Shown: positions 18,077 to 30,636, counted from the first letter of the stretch. The stretch is DNA of 64,000 bases from Gemmatimonas sp. (GCA_965279375.1 OZ257156.1:4480001-4544000), one strand, 5' to 3'. Made by a program: numbers and translations. The notes: a model not told the origin generated them from the sequence alone.

Positions 18077-19219
18077 CTAGCGAGGACGATGCAGCGTCAG
18101 GTAGTCGCTGATCAGCGCATCCCACACCGCGTCCCACGTCTTGGACGCTGCGAAGGCCAGCGCACGCTCCCGGGCGTGCGCGAGGCGCCCCGGTTCGTCC
18201 ACCAGGGCAACCAGTGCATCGGCGAAGGCCTGCACATTGCCGGGCTCCACGAGCCAGCCACGATCGGGCGCGAGTTGCTCGCGAGTCGGGCCCACATCCG
18301 CCCCCACCACGGGCATTCCCGATGCCATCGCCTCGAGCAACACGTTGCCGAACGTGTCGGTGGTGGACGGGAAGATGAAGACATCGCCGGACGCGTACGC
18401 CGCGCTCAATTCGTCGCCCAACAGCTTTCCCGGCAGCCAACTGCCCTCGGGGGCCAGTCGCCGCAGCTCCGCCTCGTACGGGCCATCGCCCACTGCCACA
18501 AATCGAATGCGGCCGGGCCTCGCCTCGCTCGCGATGCGCACTGCGTGCAGGGCGACGTCCAATCGCTTTTCTGCCGCCACTCGCCCCACGTACGTCACGA
18601 CCAGCGCATCGTCCGTGGCGCCAACGCGTTCGCGCAGCGCGGCCGATCGAAACCGCGGCGAGAACCGGTCCATATCAACGCCGCGAGACCAGATCGCGGT
18701 GTTGGTGAATCCCTCGGCCTTCACCTCGTCGACGATCGCTTGCGTGGGGCAGTAGGTACGCTTGCCGATGTTGTGAAACCAGCGCAGAAACAACCAGCCC
18801 GGCTGCGCCAATAGCCCCAGTCGGTAGAACGCGGCGTACGCCGTGAAGCTGGTGTGATACGACGAGACGAACGGCACCCCGAGCACGCGTGCAGCGCGGC
18901 GGCCGGACATTCCGACGCCAAACTCCGTGGCCGCGTGAAGCAGCGTGGGAGCAAACGCCGCGACGTCGGCATTCACGCGTCGTTGGGCGGGCCAAGACAG
19001 CCGCAGTTGCTTGTAGGCCCAAAACGGCACACTCGGATAACGCACCACGTCCGGCGAGGGCGCAGCGTCCGGATCATCGAGCGTGAACACGCGTGCGACG
19101 CCCCCGCGCTCCTGCACGGCGCGCACTAAGCGCTCCAGTGTGCGCGCGACACCATTCACTTGGGGCGAATACGTATCCGAGAAAATCGCGAGACGGAGTC
19201 CTCGCGCGTCAATGGGCAT
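18077..19219 (-). CDS. GT4 family glycosyltransferase
   Basis: DTYSPQVNGV, SYHT, YVGRVAAEK, FPSTTDTFGNVLLEAMASG. Confidence 0.92.
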   Translation of the reverse strand: MPIDARGLRLAIFSDTYSPQVNGVARTLERLVRAVQERGGVARVFTLDDPDAAPSPDVVRYPSVPFWAYKQLRLSWPAQRRVNADVAAFAPTLLHAATEFGVGMSGRRAARVLGVPFVSSYHTSFTAYAAFYRLGLLAQPGWLFLRWFHNIGKRTYCPTQAIVDEVKAEGFTNTAIWSRGVDMDRFSPRFRSAALRERVGATDDALVVTYVGRVAAEKRLDVALHAVRIASEARPGRIRFVAVGDGPYEAELRRLAPEGSWLPGKLLGDELSAAYASGDVFIFPSTTDTFGNVLLEAMASGMPVVGADVGPTREQLAPDRGWLVEPGNVQAFADALVALVDEPGRLAHARERALAFAASKTWDAVWDALISDYLTLHRPR

Positions 19220-19233
19220 CAGCGGGTACGTCC

Positions 19234-19974
19234 TTAGAGCTGCGCGTAGTGAATGACGGGGCGCGCGCGAATCCAACGCGCCGTTTCCCGCGCGACAGAT
19301 GCCGCTGTTACCGGGTGCGCGAGGTCCTGTGGGTGCAGCGCGAGACGCACCAAGGGCGCCCCCCGTTGCGTGCGCCAGCGCAACTCGGCGGTCGCTCGCG
19401 ATCCCCACGCTCGCACGGTCGTGCGACCGCTCCACCGCAGCGCGGGTGCCGCGAGTCGTACATCGTTGGGATGTACACGGACACCGTCCGCATCCTCGCT
19501 CACATGCAACCCGGCGTCTCGCACCACATCGTGCGTGCCCTCGAGCGCGAGCCACGCCGGCGGAATGAAGCCGACCGGCGTCAGTCGCTGCGCCGCCAGC
19601 CGATCGAGTCCGCGCGCGATGCGCAGCTGGGCCGCCTCGTACGACAGTGTGAGAAACTCCCCTTCCTTGGCCGTACGTCCAACGGCGCGCAGCTCATCCC
19701 GCCACGACCGCGGTGAGCCGATCTCGTCGTGCCGCTCTCCGTGCAGAAACACCTCGGCACCTTCCGACGCGCACGAGCGCACCCACGCCATGAACTCGGG
19801 TGCGCGCTCGATTGGCCACTCACCATGCCACTCGGGCACCACGAGCAGCGCTGGCGTCACACCGTGCTGCCGGCACATCGCCCACAGCGCGCGCACGGGC
19901 GTCTCGAGTGCGGGTGTCACGTCATGAATCGACACCAGCAACCCTTCACGCAGCGGAATCGCGTGCGCGGTCAC
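19234..19974 (-). CDS. Polysaccharide deacetylase-like protein (DUF2334 type)
   Basis: VSIHDVTP, LHGERH, EGEF, GFIPPAW, RLALHP. Confidence 0.8.
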   Translation of the reverse strand: MTAHAIPLREGLLVSIHDVTPALETPVRALWAMCRQHGVTPALLVVPEWHGEWPIERAPEFMAWVRSCASEGAEVFLHGERHDEIGSPRSWRDELRAVGRTAKEGEFLTLSYEAAQLRIARGLDRLAAQRLTPVGFIPPAWLALEGTHDVVRDAGLHVSEDADGVRVHPNDVRLAAPALRWSGRTTVRAWGSRATAELRWRTQRGAPLVRLALHPQDLAHPVTAASVARETARWIRARPVIHYAQL

Positions 19975-21248
19975 CGCCGCGCGAGGACATCGCGGTAGAC
20001 GGCGAACAGCCGATCAAACACCGTGTCCCACGAGTGCTCACGTTCCGCGTAGAAGCGACCAAGGCGTCCGAGCGCGGCGACGTCCTCGCTCAGGAGCGCA
20101 ATCGCCTCCGCCGCCAACGATTCGGATTCCCCCGCCTCGAAAGTGCGTCCCGCGCCGCTCCCCGCGACCTGTTCGGACACGCCGCCTTGATTGGCGGAGA
20201 GGACCGGCGTTCCACTCGCCAGCGCCTCGAGCGACGACAGCCCAAACGTCTCGATGCGCCCCGGAGCGATGTAGATGTCGAATGCCGCCAGCATATCGGC
20301 CAGCGCTTCGCGATCCGACTCGAAAGGGAGGAACGTGACCCGTGACGAGTACGGGTGTGCCCGCAGCATGCGCTCCTGGGGGCCTGTCCCGACGAGCACC
20401 AACCGCGCCCCAGTGCGACGCTCGACCTCCGCCCACGCGTTCATCACCACGTCGAGTTCCTTCTCGCTGGCGAAACGCCCCACAAAGCCCGCCAAGAGTC
20501 CATCGGGCATGCCGTGCAGACGACGCGTCTCGGTCGCGCGCGCGCGTCGCAGCGGAGTGAAGCGCTCGAGGTCGACGCCAAGCGGTACCTTCGCGATACG
20601 CGTGATGCCTTCGTTCGCGAGATCGTTGGCCGAGAATGACGACGTGACAACCGTGATCGGGAACAGGCGATCGAGGCGACGCATGTAGTGCCACGAGGCG
20701 CGGTAGATCGCCTTGCGCGCCGAGCCGTTGTGACCGGCTCTTGGCGCAAACATGCGCGGCAGATTGGTGTGGTAGAAGCAGATCAGCGGAACATCCAACC
20801 CCTTTGTCGCGTGTCGCACGATCCAGGGCACGATGAACGGGCTGCCGATCTCGATGATATCTGGACGCTCGTGTCGGACAATTTTCGCGACACTGCGCGT
20901 GGCGAGCATGAAACGGTACGGCTTCTGGCTCGGAATCGGCGGCCCCTGCAGCCGATACATGCGTACGCCGTCTTCTTCGGTGATCGCGTCGCGCGATCCA
21001 GGCACCGTGAGCACGTGGCGCAGCCAAGGCCGTGCGGCGACGTACTGCGCCTTCTGCAGCAGGTAGGTGCGAATGCCTCCGCTGGTACTGCCGAACCACT
21101 CCGTGATGTCAAGGACGCCGAGCGAGGCCTCGGGACGGAGGGTGGGAGGAAGACGGTCGTGCCCGATGTCGATGGCCGGGAGCGACTCTTCAGGTTGAAC
21201 CAGATGGTCTACGAACGCTTGCGTTGGGTGCATGGCATCGGAAGCCAT
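19971..21248 (-). CDS. GT4 family glycosyltransferase
   Basis: SGGIRTYL, FYHTNLP, FVGRFASEK, ETFGLSSLEALASG; 4-bp overlap with the downstream gene. Confidence 0.92.
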   Translation of the reverse strand: MASDAMHPTQAFVDHLVQPEESLPAIDIGHDRLPPTLRPEASLGVLDITEWFGSTSGGIRTYLLQKAQYVAARPWLRHVLTVPGSRDAITEEDGVRMYRLQGPPIPSQKPYRFMLATRSVAKIVRHERPDIIEIGSPFIVPWIVRHATKGLDVPLICFYHTNLPRMFAPRAGHNGSARKAIYRASWHYMRRLDRLFPITVVTSSFSANDLANEGITRIAKVPLGVDLERFTPLRRARATETRRLHGMPDGLLAGFVGRFASEKELDVVMNAWAEVERRTGARLVLVGTGPQERMLRAHPYSSRVTFLPFESDREALADMLAAFDIYIAPGRIETFGLSSLEALASGTPVLSANQGGVSEQVAGSGAGRTFEAGESESLAAEAIALLSEDVAALGRLGRFYAEREHSWDTVFDRLFAVYRDVLARR

Positions 21249-21351
21249 CCGACCTCATGCGCGTGCGGATGGAACGCGCGAGATATCGGATAGCACGGTC
21301 AGCGAAATCGGACCCGAAAGGAACGTGTCCGGAATATTACACTGACCATAC

Positions 21352-21390
21352 CGCAAAGTGGCCGCTCCCTGAAGGAGTGACCACTTTGCG
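21352..21390 (-). terminator. Long hairpin downstream of the OmpA-family gene (possible terminator; no clear U tract)
   Basis: CGCAAAGTGG(CCGCTCC)-CTGAA-(GGAGTGA)CCACTTTGCG, a near-perfect 17-bp stem. Confidence 0.5.
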
Positions 21391-21438
21391 ACATCGAGAA
21401 CCACTACTTCGGCACAGTCTGTGCGCGTGAGCGCACTT

Positions 21439-22098
21439 TCAGCGCATGGACAGCGCGGCGACCGTGTTCTCCGGTGCGGTCTCCACCACGAACGTCACGC
21501 GGCGATTGAGCTCTGCGCCCGGATCGTTCCGTTCGGCGCCCGGCCGCACGAGGCGCGACTTGCCGTAGCCCACGGAGCGAATGCGGCTGGCGTCGATCCC
21601 CTTCGACACGAGATACTCACGCACCGCTTCGGCGCGCGCACGGGACAGCTGCAAGTTGTAGTTCACGCCGCCCGCGGGATCGGCGAATCCTTCCACCGTG
21701 ATGGTGGACCCCTTGTAGTGCGCGCCGGCAACCTGCGCGAACTTGGCGAGTGCCGCTTCGTCCTGCGACCGCACGGCGGACGCGTCGAACTCGAAGTGCA
21801 CGGGCATCGCGAACGTCACCTGCCCTTCCATCGCGGTGATGCGCGTGCCGAACTCGGTACGCAGCGTTCCCAGATCGGCGCGCAGCGCGGTGAGCTCGTT
21901 GCGCAGCTCGGTGCGCACGGCATTCACATCGGCACGATTCGCACTGTCGCCCATCATCCGCTCGCCGCGCTCGTTGCCCAACGCAACGCGCTGCTCGTCC
22001 AGTCCACGGCGCACGAATCCCTTCGTCGCGCACGCGCCGAGTGTGCTGACGGCCATGATGGTGATCACCGCGCGCGTCGCAAATCGAGTGTTGTGCAT
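21439..22098 (-). CDS. OmpA-family peptidoglycan-binding lipoprotein with a coiled-coil region
   Basis: Lipobox LGAC; heptad region ELRNELTALRADLGTLRTEF; VHFEFD, VEGFAD, NLQLSRARA, NRRV. Confidence 0.9.
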   Translation of the reverse strand: MHNTRFATRAVITIMAVSTLGACATKGFVRRGLDEQRVALGNERGERMMGDSANRADVNAVRTELRNELTALRADLGTLRTEFGTRITAMEGQVTFAMPVHFEFDASAVRSQDEAALAKFAQVAGAHYKGSTITVEGFADPAGGVNYNLQLSRARAEAVREYLVSKGIDASRIRSVGYGKSRLVRPGAERNDPGAELNRRVTFVVETAPENTVAALSMR

Positions 22099-22240
22099 GA
22101 GTTCCCCTTCGTCGTTGGTGTAGTCGAACAATCTCCGCCGCACGAAGAACCGTCGTGCACTCTGCTATCGCAGAGTTGCAGAACATGCTCCGTGCAGGAA
22201 GCGATCCACACCGGCAAACTGCGCACGCACCAGATGTGGC

Positions 22241-22300
22241 GTCGTGACTGCAGTCACGACACAAACACAAATTTCTCGAATGGCGTGACTGCAATCACGC
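22241..22300. promoter_or_regulatory. Two CRP/FNR-like palindromic sites upstream of the OmpA-family gene
   Basis: Perfect palindrome GTCGTGACTGCAGTCACGAC (22241-22260) and GCGTGACTGCAATCACGC (22283-22300); both fit GTGA-N6-TCAC; centres are 41 bp apart. Confidence 0.6.
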
Positions 22301-22337
22301 GAGAAGAATTTTCGCGCAATGACACAGATGACGTCGA

Positions 22338-23177
22338 CTACAACGCGGGTGCTTTCGCGAGCCACTCACCGCCATCGACGACGAAAATGGAACCCGTGAT
22401 CCAGTCGCCCGCTGGCGACGCGAGGAATGCCACCATGTTGGCGATGTCGCGCGGCGTACCCCAGCGGCCGAGCGGAATGCCTTCCTTGGCATAGCGCGCC
22501 ATCTTCTCGTCGGCGGCTGCGAACACGTCGGTGACACCGCTGTTGGCTGGCGGCGTGAATGCCTTGCGCACTCCCTCTGTGGGGATGGGTCCCGGCGCGA
22601 TCGCATTCAATCGAATCCGCTGCGGTGCCCACTCGACCGCCAGCGTGCGGGTCAGCGCATCGACACCGGCCTTCGCTGCGGTGGCGTGCGCCATCAACGG
22701 CCACCCGCGATAGTGCAGCGTCATCGAAATACTCACGATGCGACCGCCGCCCTGCTGCGACATGACGGGATACACGGCCTGCGAGCAGTAGAAGGTGCCG
22801 AAGAGATCGATCTCCACCACGCTGCGCCACGCGTTGGGCGACAGCGTGGCACTCGGCGCGTAGAAGTTGCCCGCCGCGTTGTTCACGAGCAGATCGAGTC
22901 GGCCGTGCGTCTGCGCGACGCGATCGACTGCCTCCTTCACCTTCTCCGGATCGCGCACATCGAGGATGACGCTGGATGCCTGACCACCCGTTGCCGTGAT
23001 GCGCGCGCACGCAGCATCGAGGTGGTCCTGCTTTCGACTCGCGAGCACCACGTGTGCTCCGAGGTCGGCCAGCAACTCCGCGACGCCCAGTCCGATGCCC
23101 GTGCCGCCGCCGGTGATGAGCGCCACCTGTCCCGCGAGCAGGCCGGGAAGGAATACGGGTGCGTTCTGCTCTGACAT
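22338..23177 (-). CDS. SDR oxidoreductase, 2,4-dienoyl-CoA reductase-like
   Basis: TGGGTGIG, NNAAGNF, HATAAKAGV, NAIAPGPI. Confidence 0.88.
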   Translation of the reverse strand: MSEQNAPVFLPGLLAGQVALITGGGTGIGLGVAELLADLGAHVVLASRKQDHLDAACARITATGGQASSVILDVRDPEKVKEAVDRVAQTHGRLDLLVNNAAGNFYAPSATLSPNAWRSVVEIDLFGTFYCSQAVYPVMSQQGGGRIVSISMTLHYRGWPLMAHATAAKAGVDALTRTLAVEWAPQRIRLNAIAPGPIPTEGVRKAFTPPANSGVTDVFAAADEKMARYAKEGIPLGRWGTPRDIANMVAFLASPAGDWITGSIFVVDGGEWLAKAPAL

Positions 23178-23204
23178 GGGACGAGTCCGGCGCCTCAGGG
23201 CGCG

Positions 23205-23879
23205 TTAAAGATCGTTGGGGAGGTCGACGGTGCGATCAGACGGGGGATCCTCGAGCGGCAAGGCCACCTGCACACCCAGACAGAACCGTCGCCGATGATG
23301 CGGCGTGAGCCCATGCTCCGCCAGAGCGCGCATGTGCGTGGGCGTACCGTAGCCTGAGTTGCGCTCCCATCCGTACAGGTCGTAGCGACGCGAGAGCGAC
23401 GTCATCAACCGATCGCGCGTGACCTTGGCGACGATCGACGCGCAGGCGATCGCATAGCACTTGGCGTCGCCTTTCACGACCGCGGTGTGTTCCACGCCAA
23501 GCGTGCGCAGCGGATTGCCGTCCACCAGTACGTGATCCGGCGCGACTCCAAGGCGCGCTTCGACTCGTGCGAGCGCACGGCGCATCGCCAGCACGGTGGC
23601 GTGATAGATGTTGATGCGGTCCACTTCGCGAGCGGACGCGGCGCCCATCGCGACGGCCAGCGCCTGATCGAGAATCTTCTCGGCGAGGTGCGCACGCGTA
23701 CGCGGATCGAGCTGCTTGGAGTCGTCGACGCCGGCGATGGCACGGCGATCGGGAGGCATGACGATGGCGCATGCGACAACGGGGCCCGCGAGGGGGCCCC
23801 GTCCTACTTCATCCACACCGGCGAGCAACGGCCCGTATTGCAGGCGAGCCGTTCGCTCGATAGCGCTCCAACGCCCCAT
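23205..23879 (-). CDS. rnhB: Ribonuclease HII
   Basis: AGVDEVGRGPLAGPV, DSK, VDG, KGD, ASIVAKVTRD, GYGT, HRR.F. Confidence 0.96.
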   Translation of the reverse strand: MGRWSAIERTARLQYGPLLAGVDEVGRGPLAGPVVACAIVMPPDRRAIAGVDDSKQLDPRTRAHLAEKILDQALAVAMGAASAREVDRINIYHATVLAMRRALARVEARLGVAPDHVLVDGNPLRTLGVEHTAVVKGDAKCYAIACASIVAKVTRDRLMTSLSRRYDLYGWERNSGYGTPTHMRALAEHGLTPHHRRRFCLGVQVALPLEDPPSDRTVDLPNDL

Positions 23880-23908
23880 TGCTGCGGCGGGAGAAACGCG
23901 GCGGCTGC

Positions 23909-24271
23909 TTACGCCTTGGGCGTGCGGACGACCTTGCGCTCCTTGATGCGCGCGGCCTTACCGGTCACGTCGCGGAGGTAGTACAGCTTCGCGCGGCGCA
24001 CAACGCCACGACGCACAACGACGATTTCGCCGATCATCGGGCTGTGAAGCGGGAAGATGCGCTCGACACCGACGCCGTTGGAGATCTTGCGGACGGTGAA
24101 CGTCTCGCTGACACCGCCATGCTTGCGCGCGATGCAGATCCCTTCGAACGCCTGGATGCGCTCCTTTTCGCCTTCCTTAACGCGCACGTTGACGCGGACC
24201 GTATCACCTGGACGGAACGGCGGAATGTTGTCCTTAAGCCATTCCTTCTCTGTTTCGCTGAACGGATTCAT
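23909..24271 (-). CDS. rplS: 50S ribosomal protein L19
   Basis: [52 protein letters not shown]. Confidence 0.98.
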   Translation of the reverse strand: MNPFSETEKEWLKDNIPPFRPGDTVRVNVRVKEGEKERIQAFEGICIARKHGGVSETFTVRKISNGVGVERIFPLHSPMIGEIVVVRRGVVRRAKLYYLRDVTGKAARIKERKVVRTPKA

Positions 24272-24606
24272 ATCTCTACTCCGGGGCCGACGCATTGGCC
24301 CGGTCAGGGTGCTGCGGATTCGGTGACTGTCCCCGCGCCGTCTGGCGCGATCTCAGACAACCGCTGCGAGAGGCTGCGACGTGGTGCGGGAGCGAAGTCC
24401 CCCGTCCAGAACCGGCGCGGCATCGCCACCATCGTGGTGCGCCGAGGGCGCGGTACGACGGGACGCGAAACGTTTACCCCGGGGTTGAAACCGGAGAGCT
24501 GTGGAAGATAGACGACCCGCCGTCCGGAGCGCTACCCCTGACGGCCCTCCGCGGGCGCCGCGGCGTCCCCGGTAGCGGGGCTTCGCCCGGCCGCTAACCT
24601 ACTCGG

Positions 24607-26705
<2,099 letters not shown>

Positions 26706-26709
<4 letters not shown>

Positions 26710-27713
26710 CCTCGATTCCGCAACGCAATCTCGGACGACAGGGGCTCCGCGTCTCCGCACTCGGACTCGGCTGCATGGGCATGTCCGCGTTCTACGGAAG
26801 CGAAGCGGACCGCGACGAGGCGAATGCGATTCGCGTCATCCATCGCGCACTCGACATCGGCGTCACGCTGCTCGATACGGCGGACATCTACGGCCCGCAC
26901 ACGAATGAAGTGCTGGTGGGGCGCGCGATCGCCGACCGTCGCGACCGCGCGATCGTGGCAACCAAGTTCGGCATCGTCTACGATCCGGCAGATCCAACAC
27001 GACGTGGCGCAAGCGGCCATCCGGACTACGTGCGCGCCTGCTGCGAGGCCTCGCTCCGTCGGCTCGGCATCGACACCATCGACCTGTTCTACCAGCACCG
27101 TGTGGACAAGAGCGTTCCCATCGAGGACACGGTCGGTGCCATGTCCGAGCTGGTCACCGAGGGCAAGGTGCGCTTCCTCGGACTCTCGGAAGCTGGCCCC
27201 GCCACGCTGCGCCGCGCGCACGCGGTGCATCCAATCAGCGCGCTGCAGTCGGAGTGGTCACTGTGGACGCGCGATTGGGAGGAAGATGCGTTTCCCGTCG
27301 CGCGCGAGTTGGGTATCGGCATCGTTCCCTACAGCCCGCTCGGCAGGGGATTTCTCACGGGGCGTTTCACGAGTGTCGCGGACTTCCCGGCCGGCGACTA
27401 CCGCCTGTCGAGTCCGCGCTTTCAGGCCGAGCACTTTGACGCGAACCGTCGTCTGGCCGATACCGTCGTGACGATGGCGCGCGCCAAGGGGTGCACCCCG
27501 GCGCAGCTCGCGCTGGCATGGGTGCTCTCCCGCGGCGAGGACGTGGTACCGATTCCGGGCACGACCAAGATCGAACGGCTCGAGGAGAACGCCGAGTCGG
27601 TGCGTGTTGGCTTGAGCGCCACCGAACTCGCACAGCTGGCAGACCTCCTGCCGCGCGATGCGGCATCGGGCGCGCGCTATCCCGGCGGCATGGCTGGGTT
27701 GGTGGACAAGTAG
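26706..27713 (+). CDS. Aldo/keto reductase
   Basis: [43 protein letters not shown] overlap with the upstream gene. Confidence 0.95.
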
Positions 27714-27741
27714 TTCCGCGGTGCTGACGGCGGCGCGACGC

Positions 27742-29553
27742 TCAAAACCAGTCGTCGCGCATGTTGTATGGCGTGGCATCAGCTCGCTCGAGTAGCGCAG
27801 CGAGTGTCTGCGTGCGGGGCAACTCCCAGCCGAACCAGTAGCGCGCCGCCTGCAACTTACCCCGATAGAAATCGGCGTCGTCGCCATGCGCACCTCCATC
27901 GAGCGCGCGCTGCGCAACCGTCGCTTGCCGCAACCAGAGCCATGCGACGGTGGTGCGGCTGACGAGATCGAGATACGCGCTGGCGTTGGCGAGGGCGCGC
28001 GCGGGTTCGGTGTTCGCACTCGCGACCAAGAGCGTGGTCGTGACGCGCGTCAACCGTTCGATCGCGTCCGCCAGCTCCGTCGCGAGATCCGCCAGCGACG
28101 CGATCTGCTGCGCATCGGAGACTGCGGCAGTCATCCGTTGCGTCAGTGCACGGTACCCTGCGCCGTTGTCCTGTCGGACCTTGCGCCCCAACAAATCGAG
28201 GGCCTGCACGCCGTTGGTGCCTTCGTGAATCGGGTTGAGCCGGTTGTCGCGAAAGTATTGTTCGATCGGATACTCGCGTGCAAAGCCATACCCGCCGAGC
28301 GTCTGCATGGCGAGTGAAATCGCCTCCTGACACGACTCGGCCGGCCATGCCTTGGCGATGGGCGTCAGCACTTCCAACAGCGCGCTGGCATCTCGACGAG
28401 CAGCGTCGTCGGGCGCGGTCTGTTCGTCGTCCACCAACTGCGCGCACTCGAGAATCAGTGACACGGCGCCTTCGACGATGGCCTTCTGCGCCAGCAGCAT
28501 GCGTCGCACATCGGGATGCTCGACAATCGCCACGGGTTCGCGCAGCGGATCCTTTTCACCCGGCAGCCGTCCCTGCCGACGTGTGCGCGCGTAGTCGAGT
28601 GCGTGACGATACGCCGCGTATCCCATCGCCGTGGCCGCACGCCCCACGCTGATGCGCGCTTCGTTCATCATCTGGAACATGCACGCGAGTCCACCATGCG
28701 GTTCGCCGACCAACTCGCCGATGCATGGAGCGCTTTCACCGAAATTGAGGATCGTGCTGGTGGTGCCACGCCATCCCATCTTGTGAATGAGCCCGCCGAG
28801 CACAACGCCATTGGGCACGGACCTGCCGTCTTGAAGACGGTAGCGCGGCACAAGCATCAGTGAAATCCCGCGCACGCCGGGTGGCGCACCATCGATGCGC
28901 GCGAGCACCATGTGCACGATGTTCTCCGACAGCTCATGTTCGCCGCCGGAGATCCACATCTTGGTGCCAGTGATGCGATAGCTCCCCGCCGGATAGTCAT
29001 CGCCAGCTGGCTCGGCGCGCGTTCGAAGGTCGGCGAGAGACGAGCCGGCATCCGCCTCGGTCAATGCCATCGTGCCAAGGAAGCGCCCAGTGCGGAGCGC
29101 ATCGAGAAAGCGCTCGCGTTGACTATCGGTGCCAAACGCATCGACGAGATTGGCGACGCCGGTGGTGAGCATTGCATACGAGGCCGTAGCCACGTTGGCC
29201 GCATCGAACCAGAGCAGCGCCGCCGTCGCAACGACGTGAGGAAGCTGCATGCCACCGCGCGCCTCGTCGCACGTGGCCGCGATGAACCCCGCGTCTGCGA
29301 TCGCGGCAACCGCTGACTTCACGGCGGGCGGCGTCACCACGCGACCGTGTTCGACGAATGGTTCGTGTTCGTCGCTCTCGCGGTGATGCGGCGCAAGCAT
29401 CGTTTCGGCGAGACGCCGCGCCGTATCGAGCACCGCATCGAACGTTTCGCGCGAATGCTCGGCGAAGCGTGCGCGCTCGGTGAGAAGATCGGTGCGCCGT
29501 ACCTCGTAGAGTTGAAACTCGAGATCGCGCGTGTTCAGCAGCGAAAGCATCAT
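27742..29553 (-). CDS. Acyl-CoA dehydrogenase with a C-terminal extension domain
   Basis: GTMALTEADAGS, GTKMWISGG, HKMG, MFQMMNEAR, NPIHEGTNGVQALDL. Confidence 0.93.
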   Translation of the reverse strand: MMLSLLNTRDLEFQLYEVRRTDLLTERARFAEHSRETFDAVLDTARRLAETMLAPHHRESDEHEPFVEHGRVVTPPAVKSAVAAIADAGFIAATCDEARGGMQLPHVVATAALLWFDAANVATASYAMLTTGVANLVDAFGTDSQRERFLDALRTGRFLGTMALTEADAGSSLADLRTRAEPAGDDYPAGSYRITGTKMWISGGEHELSENIVHMVLARIDGAPPGVRGISLMLVPRYRLQDGRSVPNGVVLGGLIHKMGWRGTTSTILNFGESAPCIGELVGEPHGGLACMFQMMNEARISVGRAATAMGYAAYRHALDYARTRRQGRLPGEKDPLREPVAIVEHPDVRRMLLAQKAIVEGAVSLILECAQLVDDEQTAPDDAARRDASALLEVLTPIAKAWPAESCQEAISLAMQTLGGYGFAREYPIEQYFRDNRLNPIHEGTNGVQALDLLGRKVRQDNGAGYRALTQRMTAAVSDAQQIASLADLATELADAIERLTRVTTTLLVASANTEPARALANASAYLDLVSRTTVAWLWLRQATVAQRALDGGAHGDDADFYRGKLQAARYWFGWELPRTQTLAALLERADATPYNMRDDWF

Positions 29554-29590
29554 CGGTCAGAATGGGGTCGCGAGCGAACCGCGCGTCTGT

Positions 29591-30601
29591 TCACGGCGCG
29601 CGGAGTTGACGATACCACGCGGTCATCGCGCGTTCGACGGCGGGCTTCGAGGCCATCCACTCGCCGAGGGTCGCTGGTACGATGTACGAAGCGGCGGCAT
29701 CGGTCGTGCTGGTACCGGCCTGGAGGGAGCGACGTGCGTGCGCTTCGAGATCGTCGAGCAGTGTGAGGTAGCGCGTGAGCGCTGCGCGATCGACAACGGC
29801 ACCGTGCCCCGGCACCAAAGTCGGCGCGCGCAAGCGTTCGAGGGCGCGTACGGACGTCGCAAGCTGGCCCGGCACCGCGTCAGTGAAGTTGGGAAACATG
29901 CCGTTCCACACCAGATCGCCCGACCACGTGATTCCGGCGTCCTCGTCGATCACGGCGAGGTCGCTGGCGGTGTGTCCGCGCAATGCAGAGAGTCGCACAC
30001 GTCGATTGCCGAGGTCGATCTCGCTGACGCGGTCGGCCGGGACGATGATCACGTCAGTCAACGCGTTTCTCAGCGCCGCGTTCTTGGCCGGTGCAACGGG
30101 TCCGCCACCGAGCGCCAATTCGCGCGTAGCGGACGTCGCACGGATGGATGGTGGAATGCTGTTGGAGCCGGCCTGCGTGCGCATCGCGGCATCGGTGGTT
30201 GGAGGCGTCAGATACCCAGCGACTCCTGAGGCATGATCGACGTGGTAGTGCGTGAGCACCACATGCGTAGGCCAACGTCCGGTGAGTTCGCGCGCACGCT
30301 GTGCAAGCCACGCGGCGCCTTCCGTCCGATAGAACCCTTCGACGGCGATCACGCCCGATCGACCGGCGATGATGCCACCATTCGCGAAGGTGGTGCGATC
30401 TCCGCCAAGGGGCGTCGAAATCAGCGCCCACGTGTCTGGGCCAATGAGGTCGAGTCGCGCGAATGGTGTGGTCGCGACGGTCGGATGCGCCGGCGCTGTC
30501 CAGCGACGGCGCGCGGCGAGCGGTGCGCACGCGGACATCAGGGCGAGATGCGCGAGACAACTGCCTGAGTGCTTGAGAAAGTCGCGTCGTGAGTGCGTCA
30601 T
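29591..30601 (-). CDS. MBL-fold metallo-hydrolase with a Tat signal
   Basis: SRRDFLK Tat motif; THYHVDH, GHT, GDL, PGHG. Confidence 0.9.
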   Translation of the reverse strand: MTHSRRDFLKHSGSCLAHLALMSACAPLAARRRWTAPAHPTVATTPFARLDLIGPDTWALISTPLGGDRTTFANGGIIAGRSGVIAVEGFYRTEGAAWLAQRARELTGRWPTHVVLTHYHVDHASGVAGYLTPPTTDAAMRTQAGSNSIPPSIRATSATRELALGGGPVAPAKNAALRNALTDVIIVPADRVSEIDLGNRRVRLSALRGHTASDLAVIDEDAGITWSGDLVWNGMFPNFTDAVPGQLATSVRALERLRAPTLVPGHGAVVDRAALTRYLTLLDDLEAHARRSLQAGTSTTDAAASYIVPATLGEWMASKPAVERAMTAWYRQLRAP

Positions 30602-30636
30602 ACCTGAGACTGAATGCGAGGCGTGGGCCGTTCGGC

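Noticed and set aside
22241..22300. Mini CRISPR array
   Set aside because: Only two short copies, a 22-bp gap and no cas genes; better explained as operator sites.
29591..30601. Metallo-beta-lactamase resistance gene
   Set aside because: HxHxDH with a Tat signal shows only the MBL fold; there is no evidence for a specific beta-lactamase subclass.
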